Assembly: GCA_963833985.1 (NCBI GenBank)
Contig: CAWIAD010000001.1
Location: 1,728,001 to 1,792,000 of the forward strand
DNA: 64,000 nt
Source of the DNA: an uncultured Planctomycetaceae bacterium
GTDB taxonomy: Bacteria; Planctomycetota; Planctomycetia; Isosphaerales; Isosphaeraceae
Direction: 5' to 3'
Position 1 is the first letter of the stretch. Each line of letters opens with the position of its first letter. A model generated the notes under the pieces. It searched no databases, had not been told where the DNA came from, and saw only the letters and a program-made list of their open reading frames with translations. Positions 1 to 11,032 of the stretch are shown one piece after another. A program made the translations under genes and the position numbers.

Positions 1-225
1 GCGGGGACAGCTCACCTGGAGGTCATCGCAGCGCCTGATGATCGGAACGGGCGCGACCTCGAAGGGCAAGTGCTGAATCTTCTGGCTCAAGGCCGAGTGC
101 TTACGCGAGCGAGCCTGCGTGATTCGCTGGCGGTGAAGAACGAGCGTTTAGGGACGGTACTGGAGTCACTGGAGCGCGCCGGCAAGATCGGCCGCACAAC
201 TGGAGGCTGGCGACGTCTCCGCTGA
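1..225 (+). CDS. 3' end of a gene cut by the window edge; C-terminal winged-helix-like segment, probably of a mobile-element ATPase
   Basis: Frame 1 is open from base 1 to TGA 223-225 (...LTRASLRDSLAVKNERLGTVLESLERAGKIGRTTGGWRRLR*). Confidence 0.45.
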   Translation, partial: AGTAHLEVIAAPDDRNGRDLEGQVLNLLAQGRVLTRASLRDSLAVKNERLGTVLESLERAGKIGRTTGGWRRLR

Positions 226-240
226 TCATCCGGAGCGGAC

Positions 241-275
241 CGTTCCGTTCCCCTTCCGGAGAGGGGAACGGAACG
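241..275. terminator. Perfect 14-bp inverted repeat hairpin
   Basis: CGTTCCGTTCCCCT (241-254) / AGGGGAACGGAACG (262-275), just after the stop at 225. Confidence 0.6.
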
Positions 276-345
276 ATCCTCCTGCAGTGAAATACACCAC
301 CGATTATCTTGCCCAGATGGCCATCGATTATCGCGGCCACTCTCA

Positions 346-757
346 AGTGGACGAGAAGTCCTATCCGCGCACGGCTGCTCTTCCCCTCGATCCGGGCCGC
401 CAGACAGGTTTCCCCGTTCTCTGCGTGATCGATCGGCAGGCTTACATACTCTCGCGTCCGCGCCAGGATGAACTGGTTCGGCTTAAGTGGGTATCCGGTC
501 GATGCGTTCAGAGAGACACGCTTGGAAATCTTCGTCAGGAAGGGCCCGAGCGGGTCCGATTGGTTCAGATCAAAGGCGAAGGGGCCCCCCTCGGGGATGA
601 CGATTTCTTCCGCGAGCGACAGATCCACCGAGTGGGTGTCGTAGGGGCAGTATTGATTCGGATCGCTTGGGTCGGGAGATCGTGGGCTCGGTTCCGGCTT
701 GATGACGAGTCTTCCAGCGTCAAGGGCCCGATGCAATTCGATGTTGGACAGAATCAT
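346..757 (-). pseudogene. dcd: dCTP deaminase (Dcd/dUTPase fold), truncated by an insertion at about 345
   Basis: MILSNIELHRALDAG...SVDLSL...ARIEGKSSRARIGLLVH, then unrelated sequence where the Dcd C-terminal half should follow. Confidence 0.75.
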
Positions 758-772
758 GCGAGCGGCCCGACC

Positions 773-1069
773 TCATACCCCGATTGACTCGGGTGCTTGC
801 CGGACCTGGTCGAGTCGGACGGAAAGATACTGGCCGTTCTCGATGGTGGTTTGCGGCAGCCTCACCACGATGTTGTTTCCGCTCCGCTGGGTCGTCTGAA
901 CGGCGAGCCAGCCTTGCGTCGGCTCGTCCTGCGTCGGTTCCTGTTCAAACGACACGTCGTCACGGGAAGAGAACAGGGAGAACCGGCGGCCGTTGAACGA
1001 TTCCACGACAACCGCGAATTCGGAGCTGAATTGGCCGGGGTAAACGAGGCACCGAAGTTCGGCTGTCAT
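773..1069 (-). CDS. Hypothetical protein upstream of dcd
   Basis: 98-aa ORF with RBS-like GAGGTG, 15 bp from the dcd start. Confidence 0.6.
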   Translation of the reverse strand: MTAELRCLVYPGQFSSEFAVVVESFNGRRFSLFSSRDDVSFEQEPTQDEPTQGWLAVQTTQRSGNNIVVRLPQTTIENGQYLSVRLDQVRQAPESIGV

Positions 1070-1248
1070 GATTCACCTCTCGGCCCCGCTCGATATGGCG
1101 AAGGCCCCAAGCCAGTATGCTCACTGGCTTCTCTTCGCACCAGATGCGATCGGCATTTTTTACAGGCGTCCATGACGATACTCTGATCTTCAAGCAAGGC
1201 AGAGAGTTGCACACTTTCGGACAGATCAATCCCCAAGAGCGAGTAACG

Positions 1249-2739
1249 ATGAGCACCGACACCCAGCAAGTGGTCAGCAAGGCCTGGAACTTCGCCCACG
1301 TCCTCCGGGACGACGGGCTCTCCTACATGGCCTACGTGGAGCAGATCACCTTCCTGCTCTTCCTGAAGATGGCGGATGAGCAGACGAAGCCGCCCTACAA
1401 CCGCAAGCCGATCGTGCCGGCCGGTCATGACTGGGCGAGCCTGCTGGCGAACGAGGGCGATGCCCTGGAGACGCAGTATCGCCACATCCTCGAAAAGCTC
1501 GGCACGCAGCCGGGGATGCTCGGCGAGGTCTTCAAGAAGGCGAAGCCTGAAATTCAAAACCCCGTCACCCTGCGCCGGCTGATCGTCGATCTCATCGAGC
1601 CTGAAAAGTAGCTGTCGATGCAGGCGGATGTGAAGGGCGACATCTACGAAGGGCTGCTGGCCAGGAGCGCCGCGGAGAGCCCCAAGGGGGCAGGGCAGTA
1701 CTTCACGCCCCGCGAACTGATCAAGGCCATCGTGGAATGCGCCCGACCGACCGCGGCCGACACCGTGAGCGACCCCGCCTGCGGCACCGGGGGCTTCCTG
1801 CTGGCCGCCTACGATCACGTGGTGCGGCACGAGAGCAAGGACCTCGACACGGACCAGAAGAAGCACCTGAGGCGGGGTTTTGTGCGGGGCTGGGAACTCG
1901 TGCCGAACACCGCCCGGCTCTGCATCATGAACCTGATGCTCCACGGCATCGACGCCGACCCATGCCCGATCGTCTCAGGCAAGGACAGCCTCGCCAGCCC
2001 GCCCGGCGATAAGGACCGGGCAAGCCTGGTCCTGACCAATCCGCCGTTCGGCAAGAAGTCCACCATGGGGAGCATCAACGAGGAAGGCGACCTCGTGAAG
2101 GACGAAGAGTCCTACGAGCGCCCGGACTTCTGGACGTCGACCAAGAACAAGCAGTTGAACTTCCTCCAGCACGTCAAGAGCCTGCTCGCCGTTCATGGCC
2201 GGTGCGCGATCGTCGTGCCTGACAACGTCCTGTTCGAGGGCGGAGCGGGCGAGACCGTCCGGCGCAAGCTGCTGGAGCAATGCGACGTGCACACCCTGCT
2301 GCGCCTGCCGACCGGCCTCTTCTACGCTCAAGGAGTGAAAGCCAACGTCCTGTTCTTCGACGCCCGGCCCGGCCGCGAAGCGCCCTGGACGGAGGCGCTG
2401 TGGGTCTACGACTACCGCACCAACATCCACCACACGCTCAAGACCAAGCCGCTGAAGCGTTCCGACCTCGACGAGTTCGTGGCCTGCTACCACCCCGAGA
2501 ACCGCCACGAGCGGAAAGCGACCTGGAGCGAGGCCAGCCCCGAGGGGCGCTGGCGCTCGTTCACTTACGAAGAGCTGGCCAGGCGCGACAAGATGAACCT
2601 CGACATCTTCTGGATCAAGGACAAGAGCCTGGAAGACGCCGACAGCCTCCCCGAGCCCGACGAGCTGGCCCAGGAGATCGCCGCCGACCTCCAGGCCGCC
2701 ATGGAGCTATTCGCGACGATCGCCAGTGGGTTGAAGTGA
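1249..2739 (+). pseudogene. hsdM: Type I restriction-modification methyltransferase subunit M with one in-frame TAG at 1609-1611
   Basis: Motifs GQYFTP, DPACGTGGFL, NPPF. ORFs 1117-1611 and 1618-2739 share a frame; the TAG sits where Trp is expected. Confidence 0.9.
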
Positions 2740-2847
2740 CATACGCACATGTATAAAGACATTGTAATATAATTATCTCAAATCATGTCCTTGAGGTTGC
2801 AAGACGAGGCCGGGCGTTGCGTCAACAATTCGCAAGAGGGAGGATTC

Positions 2848-2883
2848 ATGAAGATAGATTCGCTGAGAACTGAGAACTTTCGT
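2848..2883 (+). pseudogene. N-terminal stub of an SMC/OLD-type ABC ATPase, split by IS1634 and continuing briefly at 5134
   Basis: RBS GAGGGAGG, then MKIDSLRTENFR|SFIDQ across the IS junction. Confidence 0.55.
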
Positions 2884-5127
2884 CCTACTTTCCGCACATC
2901 TCCCTTTGATTTCCCCGAATTCGACCTGAGGCCATCTTCTCAGACGCGGCCCCAGGGTCGGTAAACATCTACAAGTCGATCGGCACGGGGACCTTGTTCG
3001 GTTCAGATGGTTCGCCAACCGGACCGTTCCTGAACTCGAGCCATTCTTCGCCTTGTCTTATGACTTGGCAATGTCCAGCCGCGCGCCGCGATTCTCGCCG
3101 CGACGACTTGTGACACGGGCTATGAGCGTAAGTTGAGCGGCTCACAACTTACGTCAAGGCAAATTGTCATAAGTGAATCACAAGATTTTTTGTCCTTGAC
3201 GTCCCGATCTCCTCCGCCATCATTGCGGCAAGCCCTGCGGCGGTCGGCCTGCTCCCCTCACGGCCCTGGAAGGCCCGGCGGCGGACACCGGCCAACTCGC
3301 TGCAAACCCTCCGGAGATGATCCGCATGAACGAACCTCAACGACCGCGCCAACCCGGCGAGACGGCCCGCTCGAAGGGACGCACGCGCACGCTCAACACG
3401 CGGCGGATTGCCGCCGTGCCCATCCTGGAACACTTCCTGAGTCGGCTCCGCCTTCGCGAGTTTCTCTGCGACCACCTGCCCCATGAGGACGGCCGCACTC
3501 GGGTCCCCACGGCCACGGCCTTGCTCGTCCTGCTGCGCAACCTGCTGATCTCGCGTGAGCCACTCTATGGTGTCGGTGAGTGGGTGGCCCGCCATGAGCC
3601 GAAACTGTTCGGGTTGTCCGATGTCCAAGTCGCCGCAATGAACGACGATCGAGTTGGCCGGGCCCTCGACCGTCTCTTCGACGCCAATCTCTCGGGGTTG
3701 GCCCTGAAGGTCGCGGCCCATGCCGTACGCGAATTCGACGTCAGCCTCGACCAGTTACACAACGACTCGACCACCATCACTTTCCACGGTGACTACGAGT
3801 CGGCGGAGGCGGAGCGAACCCTGCGGGGACAATTGCGGTTGGCGGTGACCTGGGGTCATAACAAAGACCACCGCCCCGACCTCAAGCAGCTACTCTACAT
3901 CCTCACCGTGACCGGCGACGGTGCCGTCCCGGTGCACTTTCGCGTCGAGAGCGGCAACGCCACCGACGACCGCTCTCACCAGGAGACCTGGGAGTTGCTC
4001 TGTCAACTGACCGGACGCCGAGACTTTCTCTACATCGCCGACTGCAAGCTGGCCACCACCGAGAACATGGCCTATCTGCATCAGCGCGGCGGTCGGTTCC
4101 TCAGCGTGCTGCCGCGAACTCGCAGTGAGGACGGTGCCTTCCGCGGCGCCGTACTCCGGGGAGAGATCCAGTGGCGATGGACCCACGACAAGTACGACGA
4201 CAAGGGACAGTTGACCGACCGCTTCTCGATCTGCAAACCTGCGAGCCAGACCACCGAGGGTTACCGGCTGATCTGGTATCACAGCACACGCAAGGCCGAG
4301 TTGGATGCGGAGGTACGGCTGACCCGGCTGGAGAAGGCGTTGAAACGACTGGACGAACTGCGTGCCAAGCTCGCCTCGTCCCGAACCCGGTACCGCAGTC
4401 GAGCCAAGGTCGCCGAGGCGGTCGAGGAGCTGCTCCGAGACTGTGAGGTCACCGAGTGGATCTCGGTCGAGATCGAGGAGCAGGTCACCGAAAAGTTCCG
4501 CCAGGAGCGACGCGGCCGGCCTGGACAGGACACGCGGTACGTCCGAGAGGAGAAGCTCCGTTACTCGTTGAAGCATCGGATTGAGTTGGAGCGACTGGAT
4601 GAGGAGGCCCGCTGTGATGGCATTTTCCCGCTGGTGAGCAACGAATCGAAGATGACGGAGCAGGATCTGCTCTTGGCCTACAAACAGCAACCGGCCATCG
4701 AACGACGGTTCGAGCACCTGAAGACTGACTTCGTGGTAGCGCCTATGTACCTGAAGGAGGTGAGTCGGATTCAGGCCTTGCTCTGCGTGTACTTCTTCGT
4801 GTTGCTGGTCGAGGCGCTGTTGGAGCGAGAACTCCGCCGCGCGATGGAACGAGCGGGAATCGAGAGCCTGCCACTGTATTCCGAAGGTCGGGCCTGCCGA
4901 CGCCCGACGGCTCGAAAAGTGATCGACCTGTACGAGGACGTTCAAGAGCATTCCCTGAAGGCTGGGAAACGCCCTCTTGAGGTGTTCAGCACAGAGTTAA
5001 CTCGGCTCCAGAAGAGAATCCTGCGCCTGCTGGGGATACCCAAAGCCTACGAGATTTGAGCCTGACAGGCCGAAAGACGGCACACGGAAATTAGGAGATA
5101 GTCAAGGCGAGATGTGCGGAAAGTAGG
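2884..5127 (+). mobile_element. IS1634-family insertion sequence
   Basis: TIR CCTACTTTCCGCACATCTC / GAGATGTGCGGAAAGTAGG; 6-bp target duplication TTTCGT (2878-2883, 5128-5133). Confidence 0.92.
3317..5059 (+). CDS. IS1634-family DDE transposase
   Basis: NDDRVGRALD, HNDSTT, GHNKDHRPDLKQ, YIADCK, IERRFEHLK motifs. Confidence 0.92.
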   Translation: MIRMNEPQRPRQPGETARSKGRTRTLNTRRIAAVPILEHFLSRLRLREFLCDHLPHEDGRTRVPTATALLVLLRNLLISREPLYGVGEWVARHEPKLFGLSDVQVAAMNDDRVGRALDRLFDANLSGLALKVAAHAVREFDVSLDQLHNDSTTITFHGDYESAEAERTLRGQLRLAVTWGHNKDHRPDLKQLLYILTVTGDGAVPVHFRVESGNATDDRSHQETWELLCQLTGRRDFLYIADCKLATTENMAYLHQRGGRFLSVLPRTRSEDGAFRGAVLRGEIQWRWTHDKYDDKGQLTDRFSICKPASQTTEGYRLIWYHSTRKAELDAEVRLTRLEKALKRLDELRAKLASSRTRYRSRAKVAEAVEELLRDCEVTEWISVEIEEQVTEKFRQERRGRPGQDTRYVREEKLRYSLKHRIELERLDEEARCDGIFPLVSNESKMTEQDLLLAYKQQPAIERRFEHLKTDFVVAPMYLKEVSRIQALLCVYFFVLLVEALLERELRRAMERAGIESLPLYSEGRACRRPTARKVIDLYEDVQEHSLKAGKRPLEVFSTELTRLQKRILRLLGIPKAYEI

Positions 5128-5158
5128 TTTCGTAGCTTCATAGATCAGGATTTCGATG

Positions 5159-5257
5159 CGCCAGGACATCCTGAAACGGGCCTTCGAGGGTCGCCTCGTG
5201 CCGCAAGACCCCACCGATGAGCCCGCCGACAAGCTGCTGGCTCGCATCCGACAATAA
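5159..5257 (+). pseudogene. hsdS: C-terminal remnant of a type I specificity subunit
   Basis: RQDILKRAFEGRLVPQDPTDEPADKLLARIRQ*, the typical HsdS tail. Confidence 0.75.
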
Positions 5258-5340
5258 CGAATGGGGCTCGTCGAACCACGAATGGGGGTCGTCGAACCAC
5301 GAGGCAGCAACGGGAGAGGGCGGGAACGCTTGCAAGGACG

Positions 5341-6078
5341 ATGAACTTCAGCGATTACCTGGTTTATGTCGACGAGAGCGGCGACCATCAATTGTCACCG
5401 CCTGACCCGGAATTCCCCGTCTTCGTCCTCGCGTTCTGTGTGTTTCTCAAGGAGGACTACATCTCCCAGGTTGTTCCCGCCTTTCAGCGTATCAAGCTGC
5501 GCCACATCGGGCACGACATGGTGGTCTTCCACGAGCGGGAGATCCGGAAACAAATCGGTCCTTTTGCCTTTCTGTTCGATCGGAACCGGCGTGAGTCGTT
5601 CATGGCTGACCTCAGCTCATGGGTGGAGCAAAGCCGCTTCACGATCATCGCCGTCGTGATCCACAAGACTAGGTTTGCCCAGAAGCACGGCGAGGTGAGA
5701 AACCCCTATCACGTCGCGATGCGGCTCGGCCTTGAACGCGTGGAGAAGTATCTCAAACGGCACGATCAAGACGACCGAAGCACGCATGTTATCTTCGAGA
5801 GCCGAGGCAAGCGGGAGGATGTTGAACTCGAACTGGAATTCCGGCGAGTTTGCGACGGTATGAATTACACCGGGAAGCACCTTCCGCTGACATTTGTCCT
5901 GGCCGACAAGCGGATCAACTCGACGGGCCTTCAGCTTGCCGATCTCACGGCTCGCCCCATCGGCCGGTACGTGATGAACCCCGGACAGCCTAACCGCGCC
6001 TACGAGATTATCTCGAAGAAGTTGGACCGTTCGCTCAACGGGATGGTAAAGGGCTACGGATTGAAGGTTTACCCCTGA
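5341..6078 (+). CDS. DUF3800 domain protein (predicted RNase H-like fold)
   Basis: N-terminal YVDESGD, C-terminal GLQLADL. Confidence 0.88.
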   Translation: MNFSDYLVYVDESGDHQLSPPDPEFPVFVLAFCVFLKEDYISQVVPAFQRIKLRHIGHDMVVFHEREIRKQIGPFAFLFDRNRRESFMADLSSWVEQSRFTIIAVVIHKTRFAQKHGEVRNPYHVAMRLGLERVEKYLKRHDQDDRSTHVIFESRGKREDVELELEFRRVCDGMNYTGKHLPLTFVLADKRINSTGLQLADLTARPIGRYVMNPGQPNRAYEIISKKLDRSLNGMVKGYGLKVYP

Positions 6079-6140
6079 AAGCAAAAAACCCCGACGTTAC
6101 GCCGAGGTTTCTTGCCGACCGGGATATCCCAATCCAGCAC
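6079..6140 (+). ncRNA. Candidate DUF3800-associated structured RNA
   Basis: Directly after the stop: hairpin GCAAAAAACCCCG...CGAGGTTTCTTGC, then CGACCGGGATATCCCAATCC; no poly-U tail. Confidence 0.55.
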
Positions 6141-6252
6141 AGGAAATATAGCACTCCGGATTGCCGAAGTCAAGTCTACGGAGCTCCTGTTGTGTTGACG
6201 TAAATCGTTCATTGTAAACGACTTGCAAGGTATTGGCGTAACGGCGAGTTCG

Positions 6253-6456
6253 GACACCCAGCAAGTGGTCAGCAAGGCCTGGAACTTCGCCCACGTCCTC
6301 CGGGACGACGGCTTGAGCTACATGGATTACGTCGAGCAGATCACCTTCCTGCTCTTCCTGAAGATGGCGGATGAGCAGACGAAGCCGCCCTACAACCGCA
6401 AGCCGATTGTGCCGGCCGGCCGCGACGGGGTGAGCCTGCTGGCGAACGAAGGCGAT
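6253..6456 (+). pseudogene. hsdM: Second, partial copy of the hsdM 5' end
   Basis: About 200 bp near-identical to 1258-1461 (DTQQVVSKAWNFAHVLRDDG...); start ATG lost. Confidence 0.85.
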
Positions 6457-6593
6457 GATCTGGGTACCTGGCCGCCAATGGCTCTATGGCTCGCCATGAA
6501 GGCAAAGACCTTGACCCTTGCCGAACGGCGGATGGATCAGTGGCAGGGTGAAAGACTTCGTGAGAAGTCTTGTCGTCTCAAGCTCGATCGCTT

Positions 6594-6700
6594 TCAGATC
6601 GTTAGAGCGCGGCGATAGAGCGGCTCGTCCCCGTCAGGCCGGTTCGTGGTTTCGGTCAAAGACGCCAGGTTGTTCATGTTGTGTGCAACCTCGGCGTTTG
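6594..6700 (-). pseudogene. TPR repeat fragment
   Basis: EVAHNMNNLASL...EPLYRRALTI*. Confidence 0.55.
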
Positions 6701-6807
6701 TCGGTCCGCACAGAACCGCGATAGGCCTCCAAAGAAATCTGGGATGACGCCGCGCGGGTGCCGTCTTACTTGCAGACGAACGAGGCGGCACGCGAGATGA
6801 TGACCGC

Positions 6808-7297
6808 ATGGACCCGAACCTGCTCGGCGATCTCCTGGACCAGCACGCGGCCGCGCTGGAGCTATACGCGAAGCAGTGGTGCGACGCTCCGGAAGACGTG
6901 GTGCAGGAAGCGTTTCTGAGGCTGGCGGCGGAACGCGTGGTGCCGCGGAACCCGGCGGCCTGGCTCTTCCGGGTGGTGCGCAACCGCGCCATCGATGCGG
7001 GCCAGGCAGCGCGCCGTCGTCGTCGGCACGAATCGACCGCGGCTGCCCTGATGCCTCCCTGGTTCGAGGCGGCTGCGCCGGCTCCTGGTCCGCCGGGAAT
7101 TGCCGACCCGGAGGATGCGGCCGAGGCGCTGCGCCTTGCCCATCGAGGAACGCGAGATCATCGTCGCCCATATCTGGGGCGGCTTGACATTTGAACAGAT
7201 TGCCGGGGTGGCCGGCTGCTCGTCGAGCACGGCGCACCGGCTCTATACCCGAGGACTATCGACCCTCAAAGAACGGCTGGGAGTGTCATGTCGTTAA
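6808..7297 (+). CDS. ECF sigma-70 factor, frameshifted near 7130
   Basis: EDVVQEAFL...AWLFRVVRNRAID (region 2) and LPIEEREII...LTFEQIA (region 4) in adjacent frames. Confidence 0.85.
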
Positions 7298-7851
7298 CCC
7301 CACGCGATCCCGAGACCGACCCGATCGAGACCGCCCTGAGGCGGCTCACCCCGGCCCCTAGCCGGATCGATCGTGATCGGCTCATGTTCCAGGCCGGCTT
7401 TCAATCGGCTCGAGCCGGAGCGCCACGAACCTGGGTCTGGCCATCCGTCGCGGCCGCGCTGGCGCTCGTGTCACTGTCCGAGTGGGTCCTGCTGGCCAGC
7501 CGGCCCGGGCCAGCAAGGAGCGTGGGCCTGCCGCCGGCCGCCGTAGCGAACGCTGAGGCGGGCGGCTCACCATCCCGTCCCGGCAACAACCCCGCACCCG
7601 AGGCTGTGCATGTCCTGGTCCAGGGGCCAACACAGCGCACCCCGGAGCACGAGAACTGGCCGCCCGCGGAGATCGGATCGCTCGGTCTGCGGCAGCAAGT
7701 GCTGCGCTTCGGCCTGGAAGGGCTGCCCGATCCGCCATCGCTGCTGAGCCAGGCTGACGTCTCTGCGCCGGATGATGCGGGTGCGGAATCTCCCCAGATG
7801 CTGCGTCGTCACGAACTCGACAGATTTCTCAATCCGGGAGGACCCTCATGA
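7288..7851 (+). CDS. Putative membrane-anchored anti-sigma factor
   Basis: Overlaps the sigma gene; IETALRRLTP...DRDRLMFQAG and one hydrophobic helix. Confidence 0.7.
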   Translation: MSLTPRDPETDPIETALRRLTPAPSRIDRDRLMFQAGFQSARAGAPRTWVWPSVAAALALVSLSEWVLLASRPGPARSVGLPPAAVANAEAGGSPSRPGNNPAPEAVHVLVQGPTQRTPEHENWPPAEIGSLGLRQQVLRFGLEGLPDPPSLLSQADVSAPDDAGAESPQMLRRHELDRFLNPGGPS

Positions 7852-9304
7852 TAAGTTGTTTACTTGTAATGGTTGCCGCGGCAGTCTGCCTGCCGTCGGC
7901 GGCGGTCGGGGACGAACCGTCCGAGAACCCGCCCACGGTGATCCAGCTTCGGCCCGCGGCCAGCCCCGTCCCCGCGCTCAGGTACACGCTCTTGCCCGAT
8001 CGCCGCGAGCTGATCCCGGGCAACGCCGCGATCTTTTACCACCGGGCGCTCGAGTCTCTGCTCGAAGCCGAGTGGAGCCAGCGCGTGGAAGCCGCAAGGG
8101 CCAAAACCCCGCTCAAGCAGCTCGCCGAGGAGAGCGAAACAATCGGCGGCTGGCTCACACAGCCGCTGTCCTCGCTCCCCCGCGAGGCCGTGCGCAAGCA
8201 CCTGGAGCACTACGGCAGAAGTTTGCACGAGGCGGAACTGGGGGCGCTCCGGAGCTTCTGCGACTGGGAGTTTCAGCGCCGGGACGAGGGGTTCAACCTC
8301 ATCCTCTCGGACTTGCAGGAGATGCGCTCGCTCGCCCGGCTGCTGGTGCTGAAGACCCGGCTGGAAGTCGCGGAGGGCCGGATCGACTCGGCGTTGCACT
8401 GGCTGCAAACCGGACTGGCCGTAAGCCGCCACGTCGGCGAGCATGCGACCACGCTCATCCAGTCGCTCATCTCAGCCTCCATGACGTCGCAGATGATCGT
8501 GCCGCTGGATGACCTGGTGCAAGCGCCGGGGCACCGAACCTTTACTGGGCGCTGGCCAATCTGCCGCACCCATTTCTCGACATGACTACTGCCATGGACG
8601 GCGAACGATGGATGCTGGAGAAGGAACTGCCGCGGCTCAAGTCCATCGACGCATCGACCTGGAGCCTGGAGGAGGCGCGCACCTTCTCACGGGAATTGCA
8701 GCAAAAGATGGCCATGTTGACCGACTCGAAGGAACTCAACAACCAGTTCCTGCTCGCGGCGCTGGTGGCGCGCTCGTATCCGGAAGCCAAGCGATCACTG
8801 ATCGCCCAGGGGCGACCGGCGGCCCAGGTGGAGGCGATGCCGTCGGTCCAGGTGGTGGCGCTCCGCTCCTACCAGCTTTATGAACAGGCCCGCGATGAGA
8901 TGTTCAAGTGGGCCGGGATGCCCTACTGGCAAGCGGCCGAGGGAGTCTCCCAGTCCGAACGGCACCTGGGCGCGACCTGGGAGCAGCTCAAGGGCGGCAT
9001 CCCGTTCGGGCTCATTCTGCCGGCGGTCAGTGGCGGGTTCTTCGTGCCCGCGCGAGTCGAGCGCCAGCTCGCGCTGGTGCAGGCCATCGAAGCGATCGGT
9101 ATGTACGCCGCCGATCACAACGGAACGCTGCCGCCGAACCTGGAGGCAATCACCGACGCCCCGGTCCCCATCGACCCGGTCACGGGAAAAACGTTCGGAT
9201 ACAAGCTGGAGGGTACGACCGCGACGCTGACGGCCCCCGCGCCGGCACGCTACCCGAACATCGCCCAGTATCGCATTCACTACGAATTGAAGCTGGCCCG
9301 CTGA
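7848..9304 (+). CDS. Secreted helical hypothetical protein, frameshifted near 8530
   Basis: Signal peptide; ORFs 7848-8585 and 8582-9304 join into one protein; ends ...DPVTGKTFGY. Confidence 0.7.
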
Positions 9305-9340
9305 ATCCTTTAGACCCATCTACCCTCCCGGAGAACGATC

Positions 9341-10871
9341 ATGAAGCTGCTGCTGTTGACGATGATGCCCCTCGCCGCCCTTGCCATGGTGCCAGCCAGG
9401 GCCGACGACGGCCGGCCGCAGGCCATTGCCCCCTTTTTGGACAACGACGTCTTCGCGGTGGTCCATTTCGATCTGACGAAGCTGAATGCCGACGCGCTCA
9501 TTCATCGCCTGGTGGCCGATCCAGCGCGAGCTGACGAGATGACACAGCAGTTCAAGCCGTGGCTCGAAGCCCTGCGGAAGGCAGGAGCGAAGGACGTCTA
9601 CATGCTGGGAATTCTTCCCGAGCTCATCAGCCCCTCGGTGGCTCCGTTTCCGCTGGTCGTCCCGCTGGAGCAGGGGACCGATGCCAATGCCATAGGCCAG
9701 CTGCTCTGCGGGACGGGAAGCATGAAAGTGCCGTTCAAGTTCCCGACCTGTGCCACGGTGAGCAATGCGGTCTTCGCCGGCACGAACTCCGCCCTGGAGC
9801 GGGTGCGCGGCGCTCAAGCCGGTGGTGCGGCCGGAGCTGACAGCGGCGCTTGCGGCGCTGGGCGAGACCAGCGCCGAGCTGATCCTGACCCCGAGTGCCG
9901 ACACCCGCCGGGTGGCCGAGGAGATGGTGCCGGAGCTGCCCGGGGAGATCGGCGGCGGACCCATCACCGTCGTGACACGCGGACTGCGCTGGACCGCTCT
10001 GGGACTGGCTTCGGGTCCCGAGCCGGGGCTCCAGCTCGTGGTCCAGGCAAAAGACGCCGAAGCCGCCGGGGGCCTCGACGTCGTCTTGAAAAAAATGATC
10101 CAGGCCCTGCATCAGATGCCTCAGTTCCCAGCCGAGCTCGCCCGCCTTGTCGACGAGCTGAACCCGGAGCTGAACCAGGATCGGATCACCCTCTCGATCG
10201 ACGCTCAGAAGGCCAGCAAGCTGGTGGCAGCCATCACCGCTCCAATGCGCGCCAACGCAGCGCGTTCCCAGAGCACCAACAACATGAAGCAGATCGCGCT
10301 GGCGATGCACAATTACCTATCCCAGCATGGCAGCTTTCCGCCCGCATACACCGTGGACAAGGCGGGCAAGCCGCTCCTGAGCTGGCGCGTGCTGGTCCTT
10401 CCCTTCCTGGAACAGGACGCGCTTTACAAGGAGTTTCATCTCGACGAGCCCTGGGATAGCGATCATAACCGCGCGCTCATTGATCGCATGCCCGCGGTCT
10501 ATCGCTGCCCCGCGGCACGCACGCTGAAGGCGGATGCGGGCAAGACGACCTATCTCACCCCGCGCGGCACGGCAACGATCTTTCCCGGCTCGGAAGGGGT
10601 GAAGATTCAGAAGATCACCGACGGCACGTCGAACACGATCATGCTGGTCGATGCCGCGGACGACAGGGCCGTGGTCTGGACCAGGCCTGATGACTGGAAC
10701 GTCGATCCGAAGCTCGATATGAAGGGGATCTTCGGCCACTTCCCGGGCGGTACCATCTTAGGCTTCGCCGACGGCTCGGTGCGCTTCATCAAGGAGACGG
10801 TCGAGCTGGGGGTCTTTGAGAAGCTGATCACCAAGGACGGTGGCGAGGTGATCAGCTCCGATCAATACTGA
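9341..10871 (+). CDS. DUF1559 domain protein, frameshifted near 9810
   Basis: STNNMKQIALAMHNY, LLSWRVLVLPFLEQ, ITDGTSNTI, FADGSVRF. Confidence 0.88.
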
Positions 10872-11032
10872 ACGAGTCGCGCTCACCAGCCCTGAGGCGG
10901 AATGTTCTTCTCTCGGGAGATCGCTCCGGCCATGTCGCGATGACCTGGTCGGAGCGAAAGTCCCTCGGCCTGGAAAACAATTGCAGTCGCAAGTTCGAGG
11001 CCGGGGATCGTTGCCCCCCGGCCAATCACAAT

